64,000 nt of DNA from Microthyrium microscopicum (Eukaryota). Under the pieces are notes generated by a model, which saw only the letters and a program-made list of their open reading frames with translations, had not been told where the DNA came from and did not search any database. Below are positions 50,198 through 62,887 of this stretch, piece after piece; position 1 is the first letter of the stretch, and every line of letters starts with the position of its first letter. The translations under genes were made by a program, and so were the position numbers. The stretch covers positions 1 through 64,000 of the forward strand of contig MU004241.1 of NCBI GenBank assembly GCA_010405405.1, read 5' to 3'.

Positions 50198-51364
50198 CTA
50201 AATTCCTTCATCCCAATTGTTTAGCATACTTTCAATCAGAACATGAATTCTGAAAGCATCTTGAAAGGATGCTATACTGTTTGATTTGTCATCTGCTGCA
50301 AATGCCTCATAGACCCTCCCAATGTTTCTGGCAGGCATTGGAAGATTATCCAGCTCGTTCTTCTCAATTGCTATATCCTCCACAACACCCGTCTCCCGGA
50401 TGTGTAATCGTATTGGAAATCCTTCGGTTCGCACATTCAATAAAATGCTGTCCGCGGCGATCTCGATGTCACCCTTTTCACCTGCAATCCGCCAAAGAGC
50501 TTTCGGATCGAATGGAGGAGGATATCCACCTTGAATATGTACCGAAAGTAGAGCTCCAGTTTTTAATTTTGCCTGGAGTAAAATCTGGTCTGGAGTGTTT
50601 TTCTTTGCAACTCCCACCACTTTCCTTGTCGCCCAGGAATCCACTAGTTTTACTTCTGGGAATTGTGTCGCAAGCAGGCTTTGAACTGTTTCAATCTCTC
50701 CCAGAGTGTAGAGAAGATAATCGATAGCTACACGCAACAGGCATGAGCTAACTTCAGGAATAATCAGGGAGGGATGCTTACTATGACCGAAATGTATGGT
50801 CAATATGTTACCACCAACTTCTCTCTGAGTCATGTAAGAAACCGATTCGCTCTCCTCGGCACCACCATTATGAGTATAGCCGTACAAGGTGCTGCTCAGG
50901 ACCTTTCCAATTGTTCCGTCGTCAATGATTTTCTTGATCTTTTGGATGACTGGACTCGCTCGAGCTTGTAGACCAGCCATTGTTCGACTTCCCGACTTTT
51001 CTGCAGCCTCTAGCATTTCTTTGGCTCTAGCTTCATTCGCAGCTAGCGGCCATTCACAGAAAGCGGCTTTAGCTTTTCTCAAGCTTGGGAGGAGTAATGT
51101 GTCGTGAGTGTCAACTCGTGTGTTGACAACGACCAAGTCAACATTTGCATCATCAGCAAGCTCTTCAGGGGATCCATATGCCTTGGTGTCCGCGGAAAGG
51201 CCAAAAGCCTTGATAGCGGCCTCTGCATTGCCACGAGAAGAATTGCATAATGCTACAATCTTGTAATGAGGCGACTTTTGTAGATATGGGAGATGTGCGG
51301 AAGCAGCCCAACCTGTGCCTGTGGCTTTTGCCGACAGGCCAATAATTCCTACTCGAATAACCAT
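50198..51364 (-). CDS. Gfo/Idh/MocA-family NAD(P)-binding oxidoreductase (Gal80-like)
   Basis: IRVGIIGLS...WAASAHLP, VDLVVV, FCEWPLA, GGNILTIHFGH; 54-bp in-frame intron 50781-50728. Confidence 0.9.
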   Translation of the reverse strand: MVIRVGIIGLSAKATGTGWAASAHLPYLQKSPHYKIVALCNSSRGNAEAAIKAFGLSADTKAYGSPEELADDANVDLVVVNTRVDTHDTLLLPSLRKAKAAFCEWPLAANEARAKEMLEAAEKSGSRTMAGLQARASPVIQKIKKIIDDGTIGKVLSSTLYGYTHNGGAEESESVSYMTQREVGGNILTIHFGHSKHPSLIIPEVSSCLLRVAIDYLLYTLGEIETVQSLLATQFPEVKLVDSWATRKVVGVAKKNTPDQILLQAKLKTGALLSVHIQGGYPPPFDPKALWRIAGEKGDIEIAADSILLNVRTEGFPIRLHIRETGVVEDIAIEKNELDNLPMPARNIGRVYEAFAADDKSNSIASFQDAFRIHVLIESMLNNWDEGI

Positions 51365-52215
51365 TTTAGGATCTGAAAATTGAGGAATCATAAGACTATA
51401 AGAGTGAATGAGCCGAATTTAATTTTTAGCAAATACCCCACACCTTATGGCTGTAAAACTCGCAGGATTGCACCATACTAGTAATCCACAACATTTGTCT
51501 GTCGCTTACAAATTCCAGATGCTGATAAATCACGACCGGACTTGATCACTGAAGGGCAGTAATTTGTGACCAACAATATCTTTATGCTGAACCAGCCGGG
51601 GATTTTGCGTCTCATACACGAGCAATAATTCAAAGCATTTAAAAAGTGCGGTGGGGCTCAAAAAGGAACAACACAACAAATTATCGGAGTTGTAAGGGAT
51701 GGAATTACGTTGCGTAGCAAAGCAGAGTTATGGAGAGAACCTTGGAAGGTGCTTGAGAAACAAAGATTCTAGCTACACAGGTGATCGGTTCAAAGGAACA
51801 AAAAAACCTGCATGTAGAACCATCTCAGAAGCGCAAAATGAAACTGTACCCGCAAGTTGTAGCATTAATGTAACGTGTCGACGTTTCCACCACCTGGGTA
51901 AGTGAATCGTTTTTGTTCATCCGCTAGCATGTTTCGTGGACTACCATGAGGAGAAATAGACTGCCATTTCCGTACATGGAATGGATCAAATATAAGCTTG
52001 ATGCTATATTGCATTGAGAAAATGTGGTACTGCTACAAGCAGAGGTTTTCAAAATGAGTTCTCAGTATAGCATATTGAAAGGGCGAGATATATTTGAGAT
52101 CAACGGTAGAGACCGAGACAATACTAGAGATGATCTACCGCCCTTTCTCTCATTCCACCACATCCAGTTGAGTTGTTATCGAAACTGGCTGACCTTCCAA
52201 TCGAATCATGCAAAT

Positions 52216-52728
52216 CTAGTTCTGAGCACAAACGACACCAGTGGCACCAGAATGCTCGCAATGAGTTCCGGCTTGGCAGGTACCAACTTGAGTTACAGTG
52301 ACACCATCCGCTCCACAAAGTGCAAGACCGATCCAGTGGCCGTCCTATGTACCAGTATTGATTAGCATGAATTTGCAATGGGGGCTGCCTAAGTGTAACG
52401 AGGTGTAAGTTCATGATGATGGCTGCTGCAATCTCAAGCTGTCGGTGGAGGTATATCAATCTTTCGATTGGCACATCGAATACTCCAGTGATGCATCAGA
52501 GCGCCAGTAGTATTGGGGGTTCAGCGATCGAGTCAATATTGACACGTGGAACTAGATGCAGATATTGTTCGTGGGGAATTCTTACAGGTTGCGGGTTCGC
52601 TAATTACCAGTTAGTTTTGGTAATTCATTGCAAATGAAACACTTACAGCAAGCGTACGCTCCTGGAGTGCATGCTGCCGAGAGACCAGCGAGCATGGCAG
52701 CGCAAAGTGCGAAAGTTTGAAAGAGCAT
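52216..52728 (-). CDS. Small secreted cysteine-rich protein, 74 aa, 3 exons (52728-52647, 52599-52586, 52344-52216)
   Basis: Spliced product MLFQTFALCAAMLAGLSAACTPGAYACSNPQPDGHWIGLALCGADGVTVTQVGTCQAGTHCEHSGATGVVCAQN*. Canonical GTAAG donors, CTAAC/CTAAT branch sites, 6 Cys in the mature part. Confidence 0.75.
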
Positions 52729-54142
52729 GGTGGTTTGTATAGCGGGTATTGATGGGAGTACCAAAAAGGTTGATTGAATGTCTTGAAGGGGAATTGATTT
52801 GAAGTGGTTATGTGATTTAAATCTTTCCATTAGCGAAAACGAGCACTTCTTATACTTTTTGAGCTTAGAAAGTCTTCCCCTCATTGTATGACTATACTCG
52901 GTGCTCCCCGAGATCTTCACGGTGGGTTGATCCTACATCCACAGCTTGTGTAATGGAATTTACCGGTTGGTGCCGAAATCCATCCTCCTTCCAATTCAGA
53001 TGTCACCTTCGTGAAGCAGGATTCGATAATGACGCGGCTCATGTGTCTCGACGTGCTGTAATCCGATAGGCAGCATCATATCTGCGTGCTAAAAAATAAT
53101 AATCTTGTTCTCTTACCACCGGCGGTTTGCCAAAGAGAATCTCCGTTAAGCTTTTGCAAGCGTGAAGATGGCTGGCTGTTCAGTGCTCATCGTACGATGT
53201 ACGATGTAAGATATCGGATGCAACATTGAATCTTTGACGATCGAAAGTTCCCGAGCCAATCATGTCCAAGAGCAAGACCCATGAAGTTGGTCTTACGCCT
53301 GTGGTGATCGTGTCCTTGACCGATGAGTAGTCGATCTTTTCTCATAAACACTGTTTGCCGGCTTGGCTTGGAGGATTCAGGATCGGAAGCCAAGTCGAAT
53401 AATATACCTGCGAATTTACGGAGTGCATCATGCAGTTTATTGGGGCTGATTTCTCTTAGTCTGGTTGATTGATGCCGTCAACCAGTAAGACATCTTGCAC
53501 AGTGTTGGACAACGAAGCATAACAGTATGAAGCATCGTCCTCGAAACAGTGATGGGAGTTCCTTGGTAGCTTACCTCAAAATTCATCTTTTCTCTATTGA
53601 TAATAATGCTTTGTCTAAAAATTCTCCAATAATTAGGAGACAAACAGTACCACGAATTTGTCCAAATGAAGCTGCAGCGGCAGATCACGACACTGGTCGG
53701 TTGTTATATATATCTTTGTACAGGCTGACTCTTGAGACCAGGCATAATAAGCAGTTTGTGCTGAATGAGACAAGTAGAGCAGCAGCAAATCATTTCAGAC
53801 TTCCCGACCTAGATCAAATTGGGAGTTGCTCGCACGAGAGCTTGGTTTTGAACTAGAATCCACAAAAAGTATGTTGCCAACTGGAGCGAGCAGAGTGTCT
53901 CCTCGGATTTCACATACTCACAATTCCCAGGATGAAACTTGGCTACAAGAAATATCGGCTTTGCGCTGTAGAAAGGAGCGTTCGAGTGGCCAAATTGACT
54001 CTGGTAGCTTAAGGGAGACAAGTAAGTGATTAAGGTAATTAATATTAGATGGAGTATTAAATCAGCGAAATGCTCTCTACGACATCCCCAACAGGAACCC
54101 TCGCCCAGATAGTGGAACATGTATAAATCAGAGTAACATTGC

Positions 54143-57100
54143 TCATGTGTGGTAAAGTCCCCACGCAACAGAGACCTGGCCATTATTTCCGTTACAGGCC
54201 ATGTTTCCCCCAGCTCCGACCTTACCGTTTGAAGCAAATTGCTGAACTGAAGAGTTGATGAGATCGACGATATCTTGTGCACCAACACTAAAATCAACAG
54301 ATCCCTCGCCTGTAGACCCTTGAACTCCAAAGGCACAAGTTCCAGCCTGGACAATCTGATGCTGCTCATGCACAGCGGCCTCCACTTCCCACACGCCTTG
54401 CGTCCCTACTATATTGGTTACGATTTGCTGGCAATCGGTTGTAAGAGGCGAAGCATCGCTAGTTGCGCCCACAAACGTAGAAGTTCCACAGAGGTTCGGA
54501 CTAGCGGCCACAACACAAGGCCAGTTTGCTTGAGTCTGCGTGCTCGAGTCATCGTATGCGGTGAGCGCCTCCTCGGGACTGCATACAGGAATTCTGATCA
54601 TACCAGCCGTGCTTTCTACTCCACCAAGAAATCCATCGAAGATGGTCCGGACGGAGGGATCTGCTATTGGACCCCCATTCGCATTACCGTTAGATACATA
54701 ACTGTTAACAGCTCTAGAATCACTCCGTCAGCTAAGGCTTCTCACAATTCACTCCAATGACCCAGGCTTACGCCATGACTTACCCAGCGACAATCACATC
54801 ACGAGTGAGGCCTCCCCAAACAGATGTGTCTCCGGTGAGAGTTGAAATTCCGGGTGGAGAAGTGAAGGGGACCTCGGGACAGCGTCCATCCACGGGATTG
54901 GAACATGTATTTTGGTCGATGTTTGTGATAGGCGAGACCAAATAATACAGCTTTGTTCCCACACATGAAGAAGTGGCATGCATTGTTTCTGTCGACATGT
55001 AACGACTGAGAGGGTCGACAGTACCGCAGGAGTATCCACTGTCAATGATGAAAGGATGATAGCCGGCCGCCCCCCAAAGTTTAGGAACTGAATATGCGAA
55101 AAAGGCCTTGGCTACGTACAAATCAAGTTGCGCATAAGTTGGGGGAAAGGGAATGCCACTCTTGCCACCCGAGCCAGTAATGAGTGAGCCGTTCGAGATT
55201 AGAGCCGTGAGAATTTGAATGGAAGCGCCAGATCCATTGAATAACGTAGCCAACGCCTGTTCAGTAGAATTGCCCCAAGCGTTTATAACCTGACCCAGGT
55301 ATGCAGAAAAGGTATTCTGGTCGTCCAATGTCCAATCACCACTTTGGTAGACAAGTTAGCAGCTTTCACACTTTGAATCCAGAACTGTGTTTGATAAGGA
55401 AATAACAGTAGTGACTTACGATTTTTGATCAGCTACTGCATCCTTGCCAGCCGCTAACGAGGCGGCAATGAGTGCAAAAGTAACATCCTTAGCAGTGTCT
55501 ACACCATTAGGGTTACCCTCGAAGGCAGGCAAGTCTCTAATGACTAGAAGAACATGAAGTTAGCATCGAACTGCAGAACCACTATGAGATCTAGCAGTGA
55601 AGTCTGCGAGCTGCTTACAGGAATTGAATAGCGGAGCAACGGCCGCGCCAACTCCCAAGGTGATAAAGTCTAAAAGAATCTGAAGCCATGTATTGTCCTT
55701 GGGGGGAGCCACCGGCGCAAAGGTGGTTTCAAAAGACGGGAAGCTTGGCTCGAAGGTTGCAGCAGTTTGCAATATTGCATTGTTGATGGTGGCGTACATC
55801 TGCGGGTATCTGTTAGATCCAAAAAAAGCTTCTTGAACTTGTTGCGTAAGGATCATTACACGTACCTCATGGATCATAACAAGAGAATTCCATAGTTCAT
55901 AAGCTACAGCGCCAACATTACCCAAAGGACCGGTTGTCGTTTTACATTCCACGGTTTGATCGCAGTTGCTGAATTCGGTTTCCGAACCACAATTCGTGTT
56001 TTCTTGTAAGTTCAGAGTGTTTGCCACCGACTCGCTGAAGGATAACGATGTATGACTGTCAACATTAGTCCACTGATTGATTACATCATTCCAAGCATCA
56101 CTGCCATCCATCTGGCTCCATCGCTGGGCTGGAGACATTGATGCTTGGTACACGACAGCCGAATCTGTGCATGTAACCTGGGTCCAATTGCCAGTCCGCG
56201 TGCCTTTATTGATTGGGTCTATTCCAGACTGAACATCTGAGATAAATTCCGTCCATGAGCTTGCCGGGGATGGGGGATCATTGTAGGCCTGCAGGTCGGT
56301 AGCCCAGTCTGTGGTACCGCCCATGTTGAGCCCCATATACAGGTTGTGTCTCGAATTCTTGACATCATCGGCCATCCACCCAACCCATTGATTGCCGTCG
56401 TATACCAGTATATTTGTTTGACTGCTCTCATCAAGGTAGTTGGAATTAACGCGACTGGGATTATTAATGATATCCTGAATCTCAGCGTTGCTAATGTATC
56501 CAGCTGTGCCGGTACACGGGCCTTCAGCAGCATTGGATTGTGTTTGGCCTCCGGTGTAGGTGCACTGCTCGGTCGAGCAGCCGGGATCAGACATTTCAAA
56601 TGACCGGCCATAACTGGTGACGCCAACGATAACCTGATTTGACGGCACACCCGCTTTTGTGATCTGGAATGTCAAAGTCAGTATGTTCTTGCCGAGGACC
56701 ATCGAAACATAATTCCTGCAAATTTTGACCTTCAGTGCTTTGGGACATGCTCACCATTGCCAAAGCGGTCATCGTTTCAGTCAGGTTGACATCACTACGA
56801 AGACAATTTCCTCCAGGGCAGCCTTCTTGTGAGTTCGAATTCGTTGAATCCCACTATGAAGCATTAGCATTATGTCAACCCATGATGAGGTGGGTCCTCG
56901 TACTTGACCATGCAGATCATATGTCATGTAAACGATATAATCTATGATCTTGGCGATTTTCGCAATAGGATAGCCTTTCAGGTACCAGTAGGAGGAAGGC
57001 GCGGCGATTGAGACGGTTTTTCCAGGGAGCAAACTCTTCAGAAGCGTGAGAAACTGCAAATAATTGTCACCATCAGATGGATCCGCGGGCGGAATGCCGG

Positions 57101-59103
57101 GAATATCCGGAGCCTGATTGTATTGGTCAGTGAAGTGTCGCGAGGGTGAAAGAGAGATGCGTCGTGATAAGTACTTACCCCAGGATACTCCCAGTCAATA
57201 TCAACGCCATCAAGACCGTTTTCGTTGATGAAGTTTGCAATGCTTGTTGCCATGGCCTGTCTGTTGGTAGATGTGACACCTTCGCGGAAGATGGTGTAAG
57301 TGCTTGGATCAGTGGAGAACGTCCAGCCACCAAATGATAAGACTCTTTTGGTTCCTGTCATTGTCTTGAATCTCTGAAACTCGAAGGAGCTCAAAGAATC
57401 TCCCAGGTCAACTTGGTAATCAGGCGTGAGAGCACCAAAGCCGAAATGTAGGTTCGTGTATCCAGAGCTAATTTGCCAGGCATCCTGATACAAGCAAGGG
57501 CGACTAAGGCCAAAGCCTTCATAGTAAGCAACAGTTCTGTAGATAGCAGGAGGTCCACTTGATACAACATCGGTGCCACAATTAGATATACAGCCATTAG
57601 TTCCTGGCTGGGCAGTGCCTGGAGCTCCAGTGTTCGTGTCTGTGCAGAATTCGGCCGTTACTCCACACTGCCAAAAGTTATGTCAGCTCTAAATACTTTC
57701 TAAGACAAGATAAATTTTGTTCCACTTACTTGTCCCCATACATCACAGCAGGCATTGAGCGGACAAGGGTTGAGCGTAGAGATATCCGTTCCAGCTGCTG
57801 GTGTTTGAGTCCCCGGCATGGTCGGCCCACATAGAGCATTGGCGACAGCAGCTGGCATAGGGGGATTGCCTGAACTCAAGCAAATGATGATACCTGCATA
57901 GAGACTGGAGCATCCATTCCATGACCAGGTTTTAGAGTTAAAATCGTTAAGTTGATCAACTGTTATGCTATTGGCAGCGGCGATACCAGCGCAGTAGTCT
58001 CCACTTTGAACAGTATATGTTGCGCAAGATCCGTCTCCATTGGGTTGTGGAGCGTAGTTTGGGAGTGACCCTGATGAACAGCAAACATGCTGGCCAGGCT
58101 GTATGTCACTGCAAATATTGGGGTCGGAGTTGTATTGAGAAAACTGATCTGTTGTGATACCGCACTTTTGCGACAAAGAGTAACAGCCATCGCCAGATAC
58201 AACCTGGATGGCAGTACAATCGTCACGACGTTCTAGGCGTCCGGACCAGCGCCTCAAATTTTGCGGTGAAGTCAGGTTGAACTTGAGACCAGTTGTGTTT
58301 GTGATGTTGCTTGGAGCCAGGATCAGCGGAGTGGTGAGATGAGCAGGGCCATTTACTTCGGTACTATTGTTGAGATCGAGACATTTTGCATTGGCCCATG
58401 ATTGGATTGCAGCTTGTATTGGCCCAAAAGTTGGGTTACTGGTAGTCATCAATCCGAAGACGTGATCTCCATCGTTGCCAGCTTGGCACAGCTGCAGTGC
58501 CACACTTCCAGTGGTTCCAGACATGGAAGAAAGGCTTCCATCCAAAGTTTGAAGGGCAAAGGCGCCGGTTTCTTCGTATTGGAGGCCTTTGCCAATATAC
58601 AAGCCAACAGAAGTTGTGCCCGACCGAGCGAACATGATGAGAGGTTTGGTGGAAGATCCATAGCCACCGGCAAGATAATCACCCATCTGTCTCGAAAGTG
58701 AGCGAACATGCGCTGTAGAAAGCCCGCCATCGGGCCAGGTACCAAGATGGTAGGTAGCATTGATGGTTGTTGCGGCGCGGGAGTTTGTGATATTGGGCAA
58801 ATTCTCCCAGTCCGGGCCATAGGAAGAGCATGAGTATATCCGATGAAGGGCATCGAACTTATCCACTGGGTCAAAGATAGAGAAGGCGCAGAATTGAGTT
58901 TGTTTGCACGACTCAGTCTGCTCCAGGTTATGATATAAAGACCAGTTGCCCGGACTAGGTCCTGCGATGCTGCAGCGCCCTGGACAAGCATTCAAACCAT
59001 TGTAGCCCGGGCTTGCTGGCTTTCTCAGGCCAGGCTGGCCAGAGACTATAGAGGACAGCAAGACTACCGCCCCAAGGCCGGCTTTAAACCAGTAAGGGTT
59101 CAT
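54143..59103 (-). CDS. Subgroup C (killer-toxin-alpha-like) GH18 chitinase: signal peptide, 2 LysM, CBM18, GH18, C-terminal Ecp2/Hce2 domain; multi-exon
   Basis: VVSGDGCYSLSQKCGIT and VQSGDYCAGIAA (LysM), CPLNACCDVWGQ (CBM18), LSFGGW, LDGVDIDWEYPG (DxxDxDxE), YMTYDLHG, GGTTDWA, and CGTSTF...SPLTTDC...GTCAFGV...VGAQDIVDLI...GNMAC (Hce2). Confidence 0.92.
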
Positions 59104-61713
59104 TACAGCCAGTGAGCTGCGTGAAGGCGAGTGATGATGACAAATGGTAAGACAAAAGAGATGAAGAAATGACTGTTAGGGATAAGGTAGGTCGATAATC
59201 CGCAGGAAAGGTTCAATGAATGACAAAGGGTGGAAAGAACCTGAACTCAAGTTGCTGCGGTTCTTGCCCTCGAGCAATCCATTGCTTTTAAAGACGGCTT
59301 TGAAAATATTTTTCTCATCCTTGGGCTGTCAGGTCTTTTGTTGCCTAATGGAGTGTGCTAAGCCTATCGGCAAGTGACTAGGAGCCACGATGCCACAATG
59401 TACATTTCTCAAGCTGAATTTGACGATATAGCGCCCAAGTAACAAGTGTGAGCCGACTGACTGGTAAATTCAGGGGCTTCTTCGCATATTGAACCAAACA
59501 ATCCTCATGAGGTAGGGACAAGATCAAGCCTCGCGGTCGCCTTGGACAAAAATGAGCTATACAGTTGGTTCATCGTGCAGTATAATTGCTTGAACCATCG
59601 TAGGATCTGACGGACAAAATCAAGTTCAGTTGCCATTATTGTAGTCAGGTCATGCTAGATTAGGACTGGCTGTAGAGTAATCACAACTCCTGGAACCACC
59701 AGGATTGAACAACGGTTTGGAGGTTTTTAGAATCCTTCGAGGCATTGGATGCAAGCTTGCAATACAACCCAACGCCTCGCAAGCCCCTTGTTCTGTCGAT
59801 CACTGTCTTCTCACCTGTTGACAGACCAGCGTGTTGGTATGAGGCTATGGTATGGCAGCTAAGTGGCCAAAAGTCAACCACCCAGCCTGCTGAGACAATG
59901 CCATTCATGATTACATGAATTTGAGGCGGTCGAGCCTGTCAACGCAAATCCAACCACTCGATTAGTCGGCAGAGTGCGCCAAACCTTCATTGCACTAAAT
60001 CCTCCATGCTTCGAATGATTGTGAGAGTTGAACAGTCACCATATGTAGCAGGTCTCGGGAAGCGTGCTGTTAGGAGTCAAGCTTGCTCTTCGAGGGCTAT
60101 TGGCGGTTTCCGCGAGGGTTGAGAGAGGTTGAAAGCTGTTGGCGTGGTTTAGTGGGCACCAACCAATCTCGTTCACTCGTGAAATAGAGAACGCGAAAGG
60201 GAGTCGGTTACTGGGCGATTGCGAAGAACTGAACATAGAGTTGGCTCCCGTCAAAATTGAAAGACCAATATCGCGTGGTTCCAGAAATACGAAAAAGATG
60301 GCAGGGTACTTGCATAGTCGGGTTAGACGGTATACCTCCAGCCATACAGCCATACAGCCATATTGAATGACCGGAATACCCTCTGGGCTCTGAGGCAGTA
60401 TCGCAGGAGTTGTGTGAAGGTGTGAGGTTGGAAATTAGTGCGGCACAGGACTCTGAAATTGAGATCGTCAAGAATAAACGCGCAATTCAATGGATACGCG
60501 CGCACATGGCTGCGGAACTGTCCGTTTGGCGCTAGCCTGAGCGACGACTGCAATGTTTGGCTTCTCCACTTTCTCGTTTCTTCAGCCTCCAGAAATCACT
60601 TTGAAAATTGAAGGATGTTTCGAGTCTCAAGCAACACGTATTCACGTACCTATGTACCTACTAGTACATACAGTATAGTATATATGAGGTTCATCTAGGT
60701 AGGGATCTACCAGGTAGGATAATAACTTAGCCGCCGATCGCCCCTCGACGAATACTCTACGTGTTATGATAGCACGATATCAACGTGATGGAAGCCTCTG
60801 CATAATACCAATAATCCGATAGCATATTTTCAAAGGTTGGATTTGGAGACAGGATTTACCAACGGCTCGCTTATTTCCCACGACAGACCTAACGCTAGAG
60901 TAGATATGCAGCCATTGCCACGAGCGCGTCTTGGGTGACTTAGGCTTGACAGAACATTCTACTTTTACTGGTAATTAACTAATTATACACAATCACCGGA
61001 TTGTCTCCCCTGTCGCTCTGCAAATGATCGCCAATGTGCCTACGCCTATCGGGTGGCGTTGCTTGTGCTCCTTTTGCTGTAGACGACTGGTGAAGCGGGA
61101 AAACAAGCATTTGCCCAGCTGATCAAGCGCCATGTTTATGCGCCACAATTTCAACGTCCCATACGCATAACAGTCTATACACCTTCACGAGATAAGATGC
61201 GTGCTGCATGGGGTTCGTGCCCCTTAAGCGCACCTGAACTTACTCCAAGCACGGCAGAGCAAAAGAATTATTCAGTGACCGCACAAGCCATGTCGTGATA
61301 TTGATAAGACTCCAAATCGGGTCCGATCACGTCGGCATTTTGAGCTACCTGTCCTACCTACACAATTCAGTCTTGTCAATTATTTCGAGGCTCAACATTT
61401 CTTTCGATCGATTCAGGCTTGACCGTCTCCTTTGAGAGACTCCGCCAACAGAATCGCAGTTTCACAGTCGAAATCCTGTAAGTACCCTTCAGCCGTGACA
61501 GTAATAAGACGCATCAGGCTAGTCCAAACTTCGAAAACTCTTATATGTCATTTCAAGGTCGGGAGACAAATATCAAAGTTTTTACATCTATGTTGAGTTG
61601 AAACTAAATTTTCATAGATCCTCCATCAATCACAGCACAAGACTACTCCACTTTATCTTTGAGTGTATCTGTGTAGTACGCAGACTCTCGTATTTGTCAC
61701 ATCCAGCACAGTC

Positions 61714-62544
61714 ATGCTTAGCTCAAGCATTGTACTATGGTCTATAGGGACTATACTACTCCTATTACCCTGCTGGTCCGCGGCGCAGCCAGCAATATCG
61801 TTTCCAACCATCGTAGAAGTCGACCTGATGTTCCCCCGAAACGACACCTATGCGCCCAATCCGCTCATGCCCGTGGTTTTCGCTATCCAGCAGTCCGTAA
61901 TTGCCAAATCTCTCAATATAGGCCTGCTATGGGACCTTGGTCGACTAGATGCCAGTGACAACACAACCTCCAGCGGTTACAAAATATACGGAAACCCCAT
62001 CAACAGCCAAAATAGCACCATCAATGACACACCACTATATGAATACGATATAATGTACAACATGACCATTATTGAAGGTACCTGGTGGTTTCGCTGGATT
62101 CTGTCAACCGAGAATTGTTCAATGTTTCTAGCGAATGGTTCCCAGCTTCCCAACCATGACCTTTGGAATACGTTGATCTTCACCACGAAGAACGGTGCAA
62201 AACAGCCTGACTTGGTAGATACCACAGCCGGCAACGACATTTGCGCGAGTGCCGAGAGTTTTACCTTCAATGTGACCGGTTTGTCGCACGAAGGCAACGG
62301 TAGTGCTACGTGTGCTGTTCTAGCTTCTTCGGCTGCTTCACCTGCTCCCAACCCATGCGCTGCCCAAATGAACTCGGCGTACGCTTCCAGTGTTTCTGCG
62401 GCAATTACGCGGGATGCTTGTGGACTACCAACTCCGATAGTGAGCTGTCCTCCTGCCAAAAATGAAGGGATGAAGACAATGCTATTCGGGGGCGCTGTGT
62501 GGATTACGGGAGCGCTAGCTTGGTTGATGCATGGTACTTTATAG
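61714..62544 (+). CDS. Secreted, probably GPI-anchored protein resembling the DUF7136 family
   Basis: Signal peptide, VEVDLMFPRNDTYAP..LMPVVFAIQ motif, Cys-containing C-terminal half, hydrophobic tail. Confidence 0.8.
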   Translation: MLSSSIVLWSIGTILLLLPCWSAAQPAISFPTIVEVDLMFPRNDTYAPNPLMPVVFAIQQSVIAKSLNIGLLWDLGRLDASDNTTSSGYKIYGNPINSQNSTINDTPLYEYDIMYNMTIIEGTWWFRWILSTENCSMFLANGSQLPNHDLWNTLIFTTKNGAKQPDLVDTTAGNDICASAESFTFNVTGLSHEGNGSATCAVLASSAASPAPNPCAAQMNSAYASSVSAAITRDACGLPTPIVSCPPAKNEGMKTMLFGGAVWITGALAWLMHGTL

Positions 62545-62887
62545 ACAGTAATGTAACACTGAAATTACTTGTCCAACAGCTCAGCTTTATCATTTCCAGA
62601 AGGCAGTCATTGCCTGTGATTGATCCGAACAGTAAGCTTGAGACGTCGAAAAGAAAGGGGTAAAGTGTAAGGCCAGTCCAATTTTTGCCAGAAAATGGCA
62701 TGATTGATCACACTTGATAGCATGCCTGCCAACTAGTTTCGCAATATGTCCCAGCTCCAGATATGATTTCCAAGCCACTATATTTTTGGTCTTCAACGCA
62801 CAAAGTAGTCAAATAGTCTACAAGCAAGTGCTGTCTAGGGGTATCTTGAACGCCGAAAGTGCTCATGAAATTGCAACAAAATGCTCC

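Noticed and set aside
59200..61650. Short ORFs between the chitinase and the DUF7136-like gene
   Set aside because: No motifs or splice support; likely a divergent promoter region.
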